The translations under genes and the position numbers were made by a program. Positions 1 to 13,101 of a stretch of DNA of 64,000 nt are shown piece after piece; within the stretch, counting starts at the first letter, position 1, and each line of letters starts with the position of its first letter. The notes below the pieces were generated by a model. That model ran no database searches and was not told where the DNA came from. It saw only the letters and a program-made list of their open reading frames with translations. This DNA comes from Octopus sinensis (lineage: Eukaryota): the NCBI RefSeq assembly GCF_006345805.1, contig NC_042999.1, positions 144,398,001 to 144,462,000 of the forward strand, in the 5' to 3' direction.

Positions 1-3000
1 TATCAAGGCCATAATAGGGAGAGGTTATGGTTTTCAAGCAAATAAGCAGACCAGCTATCATGAATATTACACATACAATCTCTAAATGGAACAGTAATAA
101 TATGCAAGCCTTAATCAATGTTATCCAAACTCCAATGGAACTTTTGTGTTTTTGCAAGAAACCAACATCCTCATTCTGGAAAGAATGTTAGTAAATTAAA
201 AGTACACACACATGCATGTATATAGAGAGTGAATGGAGGAATAGATACACCTTATTTGGGTACCTGGTGAAAATAATAATCAAATGACAGTTGTCATTGA
301 AAGTAAAATAAAAAAAAAACCCTTCTATCAACAAAAATCCACAGATAAGTCTTAAAGACAAATTTGATAACTATTATTGTCATATACTATCATAGTTATA
401 TTACTGAGAGAAACATCCCTGTAGAGACAATATACATAGTACATGATAGCTATTTTAAAATATATTTTTAAAACCCATATACTTTATAGAAATATATTTT
501 ACCTAACAAGTAAAAATAAATGCATTTCTGTCAGTTTCAGAGCAATTATAAAAGTAATTATAGTAAATAAAGTCACTGATGTCCAAGTCAAATACATGAC
601 TATTTCACAGTTTAAACACACGCACAAGCTGTTTGCAACCTCTTGCATTCAATGCCTTCATATTCCCATTAAAAAAAAGTGAAAAGAAAATGAGAAAAAA
701 ACTTTTCCTTTATGATCATTTTACCAAGACCTAACTAAAAGAAAAGTAACCAAAGGAAAGGTAAATAAACAGTACTATGACACTAGCCCTGAACCAGCAA
801 GTTTATGATCAAAGAACACATCCCATTCTTCTTATGTGTAACTAAGACTACATTAAGCAATATGCCATTTCTTTTTTAAGACTGTGGGGTGTAACTTGAA
901 GGAAATATGATAGTTATTTCTAGCAGATTGAGAAAAGGCTCCCACATTGACCCATATTTGGAGATGCATCAGAGCAAATATACTCAACCCTAACATGTCT
1001 ATCTCGCAACAAGTTAATGTAATAGAGCTTTAATCACTGTTATAAGTTAGTAAATTGTGTCCCTACCACTCACATTGATTGAGTCATCTGGTTTGGTAAA
1101 GTTTGGTCATGTTGACAACAGTGAAGATTGACAGAGGATCAAGTGGGTCACATAAGTAGTGAGTAATGATTTATCATTAGCATGTCAGAACACACGTGCA
1201 TGCAGACACAGAATAAGCAGCTGTTCAATATTATTTATTATATCTTACATAAGATCCCCTTAGTATAATAATATCAATATGCAAATTATATTTCTATATA
1301 TATTTGGACACTGACACATATGTAAAAACATATATATATATATTTGAAACAAGGCTTGGAATATAAGAGTAAGGGCAGTGCCCATTAAGTCATTAGACTA
1401 ATGATATAACAGTAAAAGCTAATGTGAATAATATATTATATAAATACGTAATATCACATCCAACAAGCAAACAGAGGCAAAAAGTAACAAAAAATTCTCA
1501 AGAACTGGGACACAGAAATGGAGTGGGAGTATTTATTTGTTCAAACATCAAGGAAGAATAAAAGTAAGTCAAGTTCTGTGGGATTTGAACTCAGCAAAAG
1601 AGCAAAGAAGACTATAACATTTTGTCCTTTGCTATACTGATTCTGCATTACAAAAAATAATAATAATAATAATAATAATAGCAGCAGCAGCAATATTTGC
1701 TGAGCATACTTAAATATAATTTAGAAAAAATTATATAGAAATAAGTTTCAAAAAATTGCTATTAGTTATTGAGACATAGATGTGAGAGGCAACAATGATG
1801 TATATGTCCTCTTATTTCCTACATACTACAAAAAGCTAGATCTCTGTAACTAAACAGTAGTTATTTAATTTCAAAATATTTTTTCTATAGGTTTAAACGA
1901 GACAGTAATTCATACACAGTCAAGTAACAAATTTCAATTACAACATTCATAGTAAAGATTTGAATTAAACACAATTTTAAAAGTAAGTTCTTTTGTATAC
2001 AATTTATGTCAGTATTTTCTATTAACATTGAAAATGTAGAAATAAAGGAAATCAACATATGAAGTGGCCTAATGTAAACAAATTGACGTCTAATGCAACC
2101 GAAAGTTATCTCTTATTAAACCTAGCTGCACAAGAGTAGACAATAACTAATTCTACCAGCTACTGATTTGGCTAAGATCTGTGAAAGAGAGAAAGCTTTG
2201 ATTTTCAGCTACACACATGGCTTAAAAGTACTACTCCATCACTAGTCCATTAAACAATGAAAACAGTGAACAACTAAAATCTTACCTGGTTGCACAGGGT
2301 CATTATATTATTAATCCCCTTTTCCTAGATTGCTGGAAAAGTAGCAATCAATAAGTATCAAAACAAAAGAAAGAAAAATATATATTCAGAGGAGTGAATA
2401 TTACATTGCTGGGACTGAAAGAAAGACACCATTTACACACATGAAAGATGCAAATGAACTCTGCATGATGTCAGTGTAAGGTTTGCATGACCTGTGCAAG
2501 ATTAAGTGAAGTCTGCAAGGTGTACACTGTGTGCAACATGCAAGTGAAATATGCAAAATTTACTCTGTGTGCAAGATGCAAGTGAGGTTTGCATGATGTG
2601 CATGCTTTCATACAAATGGACAGGTGGATTGATTTAAGCAGTTGCAATTCAGTCCCTGAGTAAAACCTACATATGTTTTTGGCAGTTGCAAGGTGTAATA
2701 ATGTTGACTAGGTAAGAGTAATAATATGTGCATTAAAAAGCTTGTGAATTTTGTGTGTGCTTGTGAAGTGTTACCTATATAGACATAGGTTGAATAGAGG
2801 ATTGAACCAGGTTATTTTCTTTTCCTAATTCTCTTTGAGATTGAGTGGGAGGATCCACCATGTATGTTAACTTCTCTCTAAAATCATTCTTTACTAATAT
2901 TTTGTTATAATGGAGTACAGCTGATGAAGATATTTCTATCTGAGTATAATTTACAAATGCCAGCTATGTTCTTAATTAGGTAAAAACTCAAGAGTTTCTG

Positions 3001-3240
3001 TGGAGATTTTATATATAATATATATATATATTATGTGAAATAGAAAGATGAATAATCTTGTAGTAGATTAATCAAAAGTTTAACCGATACCTTAGTAGCA
3101 AAAACAAGCAGTAAACAGCACGGTTGGAGGTACAACATCTGGCGTTGCAACCGTGCGTTGGTGCGGATAATTGAAATTAAAACGTTATTGGTGAATTGAA
3201 GAAATGGAGCTGAACGCAGATTGAACAGAAATCGTTTTAT

Positions 3241-3327
3241 TTCATTCTACACGTGTTTCGAAAGGCACAAATTACCAAAATCCGATTGAATAATGGGACC
3301 ATATTGTGTCTTTCTCTTCAGGAAGAA
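3241..3327 (-). ncRNA. Minimal type I hammerhead ribozyme (Penelope pseudo-LTR)
   Basis: Reads ttcttc-CTGAAGA-gaaagacacaa...ttgtgcctttc-GAAA-cacgtg-TA-gaatgaa; palindromic stem III; followed by AATAAA. Confidence 0.8.
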
Positions 3328-4451
3328 AAAAGGAAATCCGCTGAAAAACAAAAACAGAACAGAGGCGGAGCAAAGCAAATCGAACTATGCTCCTAAGAGC
3401 CCATGGCGAAACTGTTTATCAGTGTATGTTGAGAACCGGTGGCTGAAGAATTCAACGGGTCAGGCATCGGTCAATCATGTGGTGAGGGTGTATAGATGTT
3501 CTTTGTGACCGAGCATAAAGTTCTGACTATTTAAGGAATATTGGATGTTTTATAAGGGGCGAGAAAAATCTACTTAGAGACGTGTGTGTGTGTATACTGT
3601 TCTATATATGTGTGTGTTGGCGTAGGGGTAGAAAACATTTTTTGTGTACGTGTGTGCATTTGATCGTTCGGCTGTCAGTGGCTACTGCCGTGATAACCGT
3701 TGGGTGGCAGAAAGAAAAAAAAAAATATATATATATTATGTTTTATGTGTGTGTGTGTTCATCTAAGCCTGCCTTGTCAAGGAAACCCCCGCTGTGAAAA
3801 AACCAAGCCCCGTTTGTCTTACAGGAGTAATTCCCCTTGCAGTGGTTAATCGTAGATATCTTAAAGGCTATTTCAGAATTTGTTACCAAGGGCTATGGGT
3901 GCCGGTATTATTTATAACGCTATTTAAAAGCCAGATAAGTGTAACGCCGCCAATGGGGGCATCGAAAGCCGACTGTAGAGCCCGTTTACCATCCGGCCTC
4001 TGGCAAACAAAATATGGAAGAGTTCGGAGACCAAAGGTTGCACTGTCTTCTGCCCCTATCAAATGGGAGGGCACCGACAAAATTGACCATTCCAGCCTAT
4101 AGCTTAAGTTCGTATCCTTCAGTCGCCATATTAGCTTACTGAGTCCCGTGGTCTGGCGCTTGTTCACGTCCCGAAAAGTTGCGTAATGGTTGGAGACACG
4201 CAAAGACAATCTTGAGGATGATGCCCCTACATAAGTGAAGACATCTGAAGACATCTTTATGCTCGGTCACAAAGAACATCTATACACCCTCACCCACATG
4301 ATTGACCGATGCCTGACCCGTTGAATTCTTCAGCCACCGGTTCTCAACATACACTGATAAACAGTTTCGCCATGGGCTCTTAGGAGCATAGTTCGATTTG
4401 CTTTTGCTCCGCCTCTGTTCTGTTTTTGTTTTTTCCAGCGGATTTCCTTTT

Positions 4452-4538
4452 TTCTTCCTGAAGAGAAAGACACAATATGGTCCCATTATTCAATCGGATT
4501 TTGGTAATTTGTGCCTTTCGAAACACGTGTAGAATGAA
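4452..4538 (+). ncRNA. Minimal type I hammerhead ribozyme (inverted copy)
   Basis: CTGAAGA 4458-4464, stem II gaaagacacaa/ttgtgcctttc, GAAA 4520-4523, CACGTG, GUA cleavage triplet, stem I ttcttc/gaatgaa. Confidence 0.8.
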
Positions 4539-4639
4539 ATAAAACGATTTCTGTTCAATCTGCGTTCAGCTCCATTTCTTCAATTCACCAATACGTTATT
4601 ATATATAATATATAATATAATATATATTATATATATTAA

Positions 4640-5570
4640 TCATCATTTCATCGTCATCATTGTCTAACATCGGTTTTTTTTTTTTTTATGCTGGCATGGG
4701 TCAGATGATTTGACAGGAGCTGGCCAGACTCTCTCTGTTTTGGCATGGTTTCTACAGCTTGATGCCCTTCCTAATGACAACCACTTTACAGGATATGCTG
4801 GGTGCTTTTTAGATGCCACCAGCAAAAATGCATTTATGCAGCACCCGTATGAGTGCATTTTACATGGCACTGGCACAAATACATTTTATGTGACACTGGT
4901 ACCTGCAAAGGACATGCCTGTGTGTGTGGATGACTGCAATTTTACTGAGCTTGACACATCTTCTCAAGTAGAGTAAATTGACAATTCCCAGTCCCTTGTC
5001 ATTTCCTCAGTGAGACCCAACATCTGAATATCCTTTCTCACCACTACATCCCATGTCTTCCACAAGTTCCCTCCACAATCAGAGCTCGGCACTTCTTTAT
5101 GTGGCTGTCCTCATCCACACACATCACATGAGCAAATCAGTACAGTCATCTCTCTTAGACACATTTGATGCCTCTTATACCCAGTTTTCCTTTTAAATCA
5201 TTTATTTACACTCTGTCATGTGTGCTCCATGACATTACCCATCCAGTCAAGCATGCCAGCTTCATTTCTTTCAAGCTTTCACAAGTTCTCTGTAGTTACA
5301 GCCCATGTTTCACAGCTATGTAGCATAGCTGTATGTACACAGGCATCACACACGCACTGCCTTTCACTGAGGGAAAGGCCCTTAGTTACCAACAAAGGTA
5401 AATGCTCTCTGAACTTTGCCCAGCCCATTCTTATTCTAGCAACTACACTTTCAGAACTTTCTTCTCCACAGCTAACTTGGCCACCTAGGTAATAGAAGCT
5501 ATCTACTGCTTCTAAGGATCTCCCCAAGCATTTGATAAAGTCTATTGTCTGCACATTTTTAATGCTTATT
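4640..5570 (-). mobile_element. Decayed RTE LINE 3' fragment
   Basis: ORF 5279-5632 (VDSFYYLG...ARIRMGWAKFRE...HSCETWAVT) plus the family 3' tail. Confidence 0.85.
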
Positions 5571-5639
5571 GGCCATAGTCTAGTGACTGAAACACAAAAG
5601 AATAAAGAATATACACATATATTTCTCCCCATTAAACTT

Positions 5640-6160
5640 TCAATGGGTGTAAAACTTGATTGTCTTGAAGTCTAAATGTCAAAGAAGTTAACTGTAGTTA
5701 CTTGTAAGTTGGCTGTGATAGTTTAAACCACATTACTTCAAGGTACATATTAAGTGTTTCCTAAATCTATCCATGGTATGGCCATCAATATTGCTTGAGA
5801 TTGCAAGGGCATCATTTCTGGATGATCTCAAGATATGAGAGAATGTATGATACTTGAGGGTAGAATATTTAGGACAAATAATGATAGTGTCCAGACAAGT
5901 TACACAGGACTGATAACAAATAACTTCAAAGAATTGTTTAATTAATATATACATTCCTTCAGGTCCAAGGAGAGTAATCATACAATTTAAAGGATGGATA
6001 TTCTGGTACTTCAAGTTTCACCAGATGAATAACATAATACCCATGAATGTCAAGGAAACAAAAGGATCATTCAGGTAAATATGATCATCTCACATAGAAA
6101 TAGCAATGAGTGAATGGTCAAGTCCTTTTACACAAATCCTAATGCAATGAAAGGAAAGTA
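5640..6160 (-). mobile_element. Highly decayed Penelope-like GIY-YIG remnant
   Basis: Frameshifted LIYVL...CGLNY-like motif around 5700-5760; weak similarity only. Confidence 0.35.
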
Positions 6161-6182
6161 ACTTGTGTGTGTGTGTGTGTAT

Positions 6183-6230
<48 letters not shown>

Positions 6231-7119
6231 CCTTGATATTAACTCTCACGCGACTCTGCATCTTTCTTTCTTTCTCTCCCATTCCCTTTTTCGTCTTTTT
6301 TTTTTCCCTCACTTAACTTGTCTCTTCCTCTCTCTCTCATTCTTCATTCTCTCTCCCCTTTCACCATTCTTCATGGTCTCCTCGACCATTCCCCTTCTTC
6401 TCTCTCTTCCTCTTGCTCCTCCTCCCCCATTCCCGTCATCCATCTGCGACGATACTTCCGTCGTAACTGCTTCCTGTCCTTTCTCGCCCCGCCTTGTAAG
6501 CTTCTGGTCGACAAATTTTCCCTCTCTGTCTTCCACGATAATCCAGCGTTTGCAATACTTTTTTCGTCTGGCGTTAACAGCCCTTCTTATCTTGTTCTCC
6601 TTGTCCTGTCTCTCACTGTTATATATTTATTTTCCACTGTTTATATATATATTTTTTTTACTGTTTATATGTTTGTACTGTCGTTACCGCCTGCTTTTTT
6701 TTACCCCTCTGCGAAAAGATCTCAGAATTTTAATTGATTTGCTTTTCGCGGGAAGGAATTTTTTCTCGAAGTATACGTCTCGCTTTTATCCTTCGAAACG
6801 TTTAGTAGATGAAATCTTAGCGACTGAAGAAGGGGATTTTTCGTTGTGCTTCTTGTCCTGTATCTCTCCCTTTTTTTTGCTTGTCTTGTTCCTTGGTTTG
6901 TGTCTATGTGTTTCGTCTCTCTATGTGTTCGACGTCTTTTTGGTGTCCTGTACACATATATGCGTGTATATGTACATGTAGAGGTAGGTACGTACATATA
7001 TGTTTATATATATGCATATATTCTATTTTATTAACATATATATATATATATATATATATTAGATGTGTGTGTATATATGTAAATATATATATATATATAT
7101 ATCATCAACTAATGTCCAT

Positions 7120-8700
7120 TTTCCATGCTAAGCTGTGGCCATGCTGGGTCATTACCAATATTACCACCTTTTCAATAGCCATTTTCACATGGTTAGCTTT
7201 TGGTGAAGGCAGGCATTTGATATTGTTGCCCTCTTTTGAGCTTCTTGTCGTGAATTAGGTTCCTCTTGGACAGCACAGTCAAGCTGCATCTTGAAAACAT
7301 CTAACCCCACTCCAGGTAGATCTCTCAGATACTTTGGTAAGATATCAAATAGACGTTTGCCTTTGAATTCCAATCTATTGCAGTACCTAGTACTCTAGAG
7401 GAGAAGGGAACAGTGCAGTGATGTCCATTTTAGAGGCTGGTATACTTTTTGATGCCAAAGTCTGGTGCCAGCCCTTCTAGGATCTTCCATATTTATACCA
7501 CTGCATATCTCTCCCACCTTCCCACCTTCACTCCAAGAAAAGTCGTAATTCTTTCAGTCTCTCTCTGTAGCCCAAATGTTTCACTAATGCAATCTTCTTA
7601 GTGTAGCACCAGTCAACTGCCTTGAGCTCTGTTATTAGACAGACAATGAAGTGTAACCATACTTGAGAGCAGCTATCGAAATGGCTGAGGACAAATATCC
7701 TCCATAAAACCAGCATAGCTTCCTAATCCCTTGTTTTAAAAATTCTCAGAATCCATTAGGCAACTCACCTACACAATTCTACAATCTTGATGATATGCAT
7801 GTGAAACAAGGTGTTGTTGCTCATATCAATCCCCAAGCCATGCATTGTGTTTGAGGTTGCCACTCCCGTTAGTCCAAAGTACCTTTGTTGTAGTGTGTTA
7901 GCACAAGCTGGCTGATAGCAAAGGGCTTGAAATTTTCCTGCAATAAATTGCAGGTTGTTGTTTTCAGCCTATTTATATATCAAGAGGATCTTTGACTGCT
8001 AATGCTACTTTCATATTGTCAGCATAGCCAACAAGTATGGCTGAGGATATGAGCAAGAGAACCTCCACAAACAGCAGTGGAAAAATAAACAAAATGCTGT
8101 TAGGAAAGACCTTAAAGACTTCACTATTAATGTCTCATTGGAGAGGGCTCCATTAGCTGCCAAAGTCTGGCTTCTGTCTTCTGAGAAGTCATGTGACGAC
8201 TTACTCAGTTTTCCAACTATACTAAGTCCTTATGGCTTGTGATATATCATCATGTGATTGACTTTATCAAAGGTGTTTGCAAAATCAAGATATATCACAA
8301 CTTTTGAGCAATTCATAAGTTGACCCAACATAGTTATAATATCACAGAAGCAGTGTCAGGCAGCTTCTTCCTGAGCGGAAATCATGCTGAGTGTCAGGAA
8401 GAAGTCATTATCTGCTAGGAAACGATCAGCTTCCTCCTGACAATTTGTTCCTTGACTCTGTGGACATGTGAGGTTAGAGAGACAGGCCTATAATTTATAC
8501 TATCTGCACTGCTTCCTAACTTATGGATAGGAAACTTTGGAAAAGGATCAGCAGTGATCATGCTAGGGCCCCTCTACATGTTTTTAGGAGGATTGCTGGG
8601 AATCCAATAGGGCTAGAGGCAGAATTTGAATTCATTTCATCAATGGCCGATACTACATCAGTTTCATCCATTTTGATGTAATCACAATACATACATCAGT
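7120..8700 (-). mobile_element. Decayed CR1/L2-type LINE reverse transcriptase fragment
   Basis: Minus-strand motifs NYRPVSLTS (~8490), IYLDFANTFDKVNH (~8280), GYADNMK (~8020), HLGYRERLKELRLFLE (ORF 7528-7716); many stops. Confidence 0.8.
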
Positions 8701-9408
8701 GCCCCAGCATGGCTACAACTCTTGAGTTGAAACTAGTAAAAGAATAAAAGAATGACTGAATGAACAATCATATTTATATGAGTATAAACATATACATGGT
8801 AGGAAACAAAAAATCCTTGGCACAGAAGTATATATTTGTAAAAATGAATAAGAGAACTCTTCTGATAAAGTTTTTGTCCACTTAAATGATTGGATGTTTA
8901 ACAATTTGTGTGATCATTAAAATGGAAAAACAATTATCAAGAAAGTCATCCTTATTCATTTTTTAAAAAGTATATGACCAACCAAAGCAAGCATGGAAAA
9001 CTAGTTTTAAATGAAGATAGATTAGCTGCTTGTTTCTCTGGGATTGGTCATATTGATGTAGATACCTCTCATAAGAACCAATAAGGCTTGAAAATCAATT
9101 AACCCATTAGCATTTAAACTGGTCATATCCAGCAAAAAAAGTTTTGATTTGTTTTATGTTCAAACTGACCAAATCCAGATTCTTCCACCCTACAAGGTTA
9201 TTCTACATTAAACAATCACATCATAAAAATCTTAAGGATATGAAACAATGCAAGATTAATTCAAAATAATGTGAATCAATAAGCATTATATTTGATAGAA
9301 TAATCTGAATCCTAAAGAGTTACGGTTGTTCATCATTTTTCTCAATCTACAGAGAAATTGCTAAATTAGCTTTGTTTATATATCTTCTACATATGTTACA
9401 CATACACA

Positions 9409-9476
<68 letters not shown>

Positions 9477-9478
9477 AT

Positions 9479-12115
9479 GATCATCATCATCGCTTTCCAT
9501 GCTATCATGGGTTGGACGGTTCAACTGGGATCTGGGAAACCAGAAGGCTGCACCAGGCCCAGTCTGATCTGGCAGTGTTTCTACAGCTGGATGCCCTTCC
9601 TAACGCCAACCACTCCGTGAGTGTAGTGGCTGCTTTTTATGTGCCACCGGCACAGGCGCCAGATGAGGCTGGCAACAGCCACGATCGGATGGTGCTTTTT
9701 ACATGTCACTGGAACGGAGGCCAGTCGGGGCAGTGCTGGCAACAGCCATGTTCAGATGGTTCTCTTACGTGCCACCAGCACTGGTATCACAATTACAATT
9801 TCCATTGGTTTTGATCGATTTCGATTTCACTTGCCTCAACAGGTCTTCACATTTAGAGTTTTGTGTCCCAAGAATGAAAGGTATGCATAAGTGGACTGGA
9901 TACATCCAAGGTGTAGAGGCCACGGGTTATGGTCTCTCTTATCCTGCCAGGTCTTCTTACGCACAGCATACTTCCAAAGGTCTCGGTCACTAGTCATTTC
10001 CTCGGTGAGACATAATGTTCGAAGGTCGTGCTTCACCAACTCGTCCCAGGTTTTCCTGGGTCTACCTCTTCCACAGGTTCCTTCAACCACTAGGTGTGGC
10101 ACTTTTCACACAACTATCTTCATCCATTCTCGCCATATGACCATACCAGTGCAATCGTCTCTCTTGCACACCACCACTGATGCTTCTTAGGTCCAGCTTT
10201 TCTCTCAAGGTACTTACACACTGTCGAGTATGAACACTAACACTACACATCCATCGGAGCATACAGGCTTCATTTCTTGTGAGCTTACGCATATCCTCAG
10301 CAGTCACGGCCCATGTTTCACTGCCATGTAGCATGGCTGTTCGTACACATGCAGTCTGCCTTTTACTCTGAGTGAGAGGCCTTTTGTCACCAACAGAGGT
10401 AAGAGCTCTCTGAACTTTGCCCAGGCTATTCTTACTCTAGCAGTTACACTTTCAGCACACCCGCCCCCCGCTACTGACTTGGTCACCTAGGTAATGGAAG
10501 CTATCAACTACTTCTAGTTTTTCTCCCTGGAATGTGGCGGAAGTTGGTCTCTGCACATTTTCAGTGTTTATTGCTCCTGAGAATCTGCCACATACAAAAA
10601 CTATCTTCCTAGTTAGCCTTCCTTTGACATTGCTGCACCTCTTATGTATCCATAGCTTACACTTGGTGCATCTTATAGAGTTTCTACCTACGCCTTTTCT
10701 ACATATCAAGCAGGGCCATCTACCTGAAGGCATTTGTGATTTGTCTACCTTCCTACTTCTTAGGACTTTGCTTTTAGCTAGGTTGACTCTAAGGCCCTTT
10801 GATTCTAATCCTTGCTTCCACACCTGAAACTTCTCCAGTTCTGATAGTGACTCAGCAATTAGAGCAAGGTCATCAGCATAGAGGAGCTCCCAGGGGCATC
10901 CTGTCTTGAATTCCTCCGTTATTGCCAGGAGGACTAGATAAATAGGAGGGGTCTGAGGACTGAACCTTGGTGGACCCCTACATCTACCCGGAATTCTTCA
11001 CTGTACTTGTTGCCAACCCTCACCTTACTAACAGCGTCCCTGTACATGGCTCACACAGCTCTCATTAACCATTCATCAATCCCTAGTTTCCTCATTGACC
11101 ACCAGATAAGGGATCGGGGAACCATGTCAAAGGCTTTCTCCAGCAGCTTTCTTACCAGGAATATAGCATCAGTGGTACTTTTCCCTAGCATGAACCCAAA
11201 CTGCATCTCAGCTAAACTGACTCTCTCTCTAAGTAGTTGGGCTATGACCCTCTCCGTGACCTTCATTACTTGATCCAGTAACTTGATACCTCTGTAATTA
11301 TTTGTATCTAGAGCGTCACCTTTACTTTTGTAGCAGTTGACTATTATGCTGCTACACCAGTCATTGGACATGACTCCTTCCTGTATCACCTGGTTAACTA
11401 TAGGGGCGACTAGGCTATAGCCGATACTGCCAGATATTTTGAGCATCTCTGCAGTGATTCCTGATGGGCCGGGGGCTTTCCCTGCCTTCATATTCTTGAT
11501 TGCTTTAACTACCAAGGTACTGTCAATTCGGATAGCTGTTCCCTCTGTTGGGTCGACATTCGGCAAACTCTCTTTCTCCCATTCATTCTCTTTATTGCAC
11601 AACCTTTCATAGTGGCGTCTCCAAACCTCTTTCTTTGCAGCCTCATTTAGTGCAAGTGAACCATCATCCATAGACACATTTGTCTCCTACCACATCACGA
11701 TTCTCTCTCATGCACTGTCTTGCAACACGAAATACTTCAAGTCTTTGGTCCTCATGGCGAAGAACATGGACAAATTTTTTCTTATCTGCTAAATAAACCC
11801 GTCTCCTAGCTTCCCTTGTGGCAGTCTGATACAATTCCCTGCTACCTCCGTTCTTCCAGTCCCACCAAGCCCGTTTCTTTTGTCCAAAAGCCCTGTCAAC
11901 CACATTGTTCCACCACCACGTTACCTTGGGTTGAGATGGGACTTTGCTCCATCCACAGATCTGGTGAGTGGCTCTCAGCAGATTGTCCCGTAGAAACCTC
12001 CAGTTGTCTTCCACATTATGTAATGCTATATCCCCTTCTATTTCATCGAAGGCTTCGAGTAGTACATCTCTAAATCTCTGCCCATTTGCAGGATCTTTAA
12101 GCTTCCAGACCCTTC
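9479..12115 (-). mobile_element. 5'-truncated RTE-clade LINE, frameshifted RT to 3' end
   Basis: KAPGPSGITAEMLK, NYRGIKLL, QFGFM, ELLYADDL (~10875), MLHGSETW, RLHWYGHM, GRGRPRKTW; (GAT)n-type tail at left end. Confidence 0.95.
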
Positions 12116-12145
12116 ATATATATATATATATATATATATATACAT

Positions 12146-12177
<32 letters not shown>

Positions 12178-12249
12178 CATTATATATATGTATATACATT
12201 ATATTACATATGTATATATATACACACTATATTATATATATATATTTAT

Positions 12250-12530
12250 TGGAGACCCCCTTCGGTCACGAATGACAATGGAATTACACCTAGAAAGTTA
12301 CCCTCCAAGGCACAAGTCTGGGCAAGGTTGTTTACGGAAGACCAGTAGTAGCCCATGAATACAAGCCTCCCCTCTCCATGCTACCGATGTTATCATTTCT
12401 ACAGCTGAGTAAACTGGAGCAACATGAAATAAAGTGTCTTCCTACAGAACACAACACACAGCCTGGACTGATATTCAAACTCACAACCTCATGGTCATAA
12501 GTTCAGATGTACAGCTATTGAGCCAGAATC
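12250..12530 (-). mobile_element. Decayed tRNA-derived SINE
   Basis: Minus strand begins TGGCTCAATAG...GAGTTTGAAT (A/B-box-like) followed by a SINE-like body. Confidence 0.5.
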
Positions 12531-12560
12531 CTTCACTAATATATATGTATACATTATAAT

Positions 12561-12592
<32 letters not shown>

Positions 12593-12639
12593 CATATATA
12601 TAGACATATATATACACACATAATATATATATATATATA

Positions 12640-13020
12640 TGGCACCCATGCCAACCTCCCTTCATTGGACACTGAACTCTGCTTGCGAAGACCTGTTGGG
12701 GCAAGTGAAATCGAAATTGAATCAAATTCGATGACTGGCATCCATGCCAGAGCAGCTATCTGGCTTCCATACTGGTGGGCACGTAAAAAGCACCTTTTGA
12801 GCATGATCGTTACCAGCCTCGCCTGGCACCTGTGCTGGTGGCACATAAAAAGCACCCACTACATTCACGCAGTGGTTGGCATTGGGAAGGGCATCCAGCT
12901 GTAGAAACAATGCCAGATCAGACTGGAGCTTGGTGCAGTCTTCAGGTTTCCCAGACCCCAGTCGAACCATCCAACCATTGCTAGCATGGAAAACAGACAT
13001 TAAACAATGATGATGATGAT
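12640..13020 (+). mobile_element. RTE 3'-tail copy
   Basis: Reverse complement of the 9479-9840 tail; ends in (GAT)n. Confidence 0.85.
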
Positions 13021-13066
13021 ACGTATATATATCTACACACACACACACATACATATATAAATACCT

Positions 13067-13099
<33 letters not shown>

Positions 13100-13101
<2 letters not shown>

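Larger units (their letters stand above)
3033..4597 (-). mobile_element. 5'-truncated Penelope-like element (GIY-YIG C-terminus plus pseudo-LTR) with an inverted pseudo-LTR copy
   Basis: ORF 3883-4254 YVGASSSRLSLRVSNHYATFRD...GLSKLIWRLKD...EWSIL, continuing by frameshifts to PFDRGRRQCNL...CPHWRRY. 3181-3520 is the reverse complement of 4255-4597. (TA)n on both flanks. Confidence 0.85.

Noticed and set aside
3293-4486. Twin ORFs MGPYCVFLFRKKKG on opposite strands
   Set aside because: By-product of the inverted pseudo-LTR; the copies differ by frameshifts.
6786-6840. Possible permuted hammerhead ccttc-GAAA-cgtt-TA...CTGAAGA-agggg; related CTGATGA half-sites at ~2921, ~50455 and ~63325
   Set aside because: Stems I and III cannot be formed convincingly and the stem II closing pair mismatches; needs a family alignment.
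6163-6981. 272-aa ORF, the longest in the track
   Set aside because: Starts in (TG)n(TA)n and runs through CT-rich repeat sequence; low complexity, no recognisable domain.
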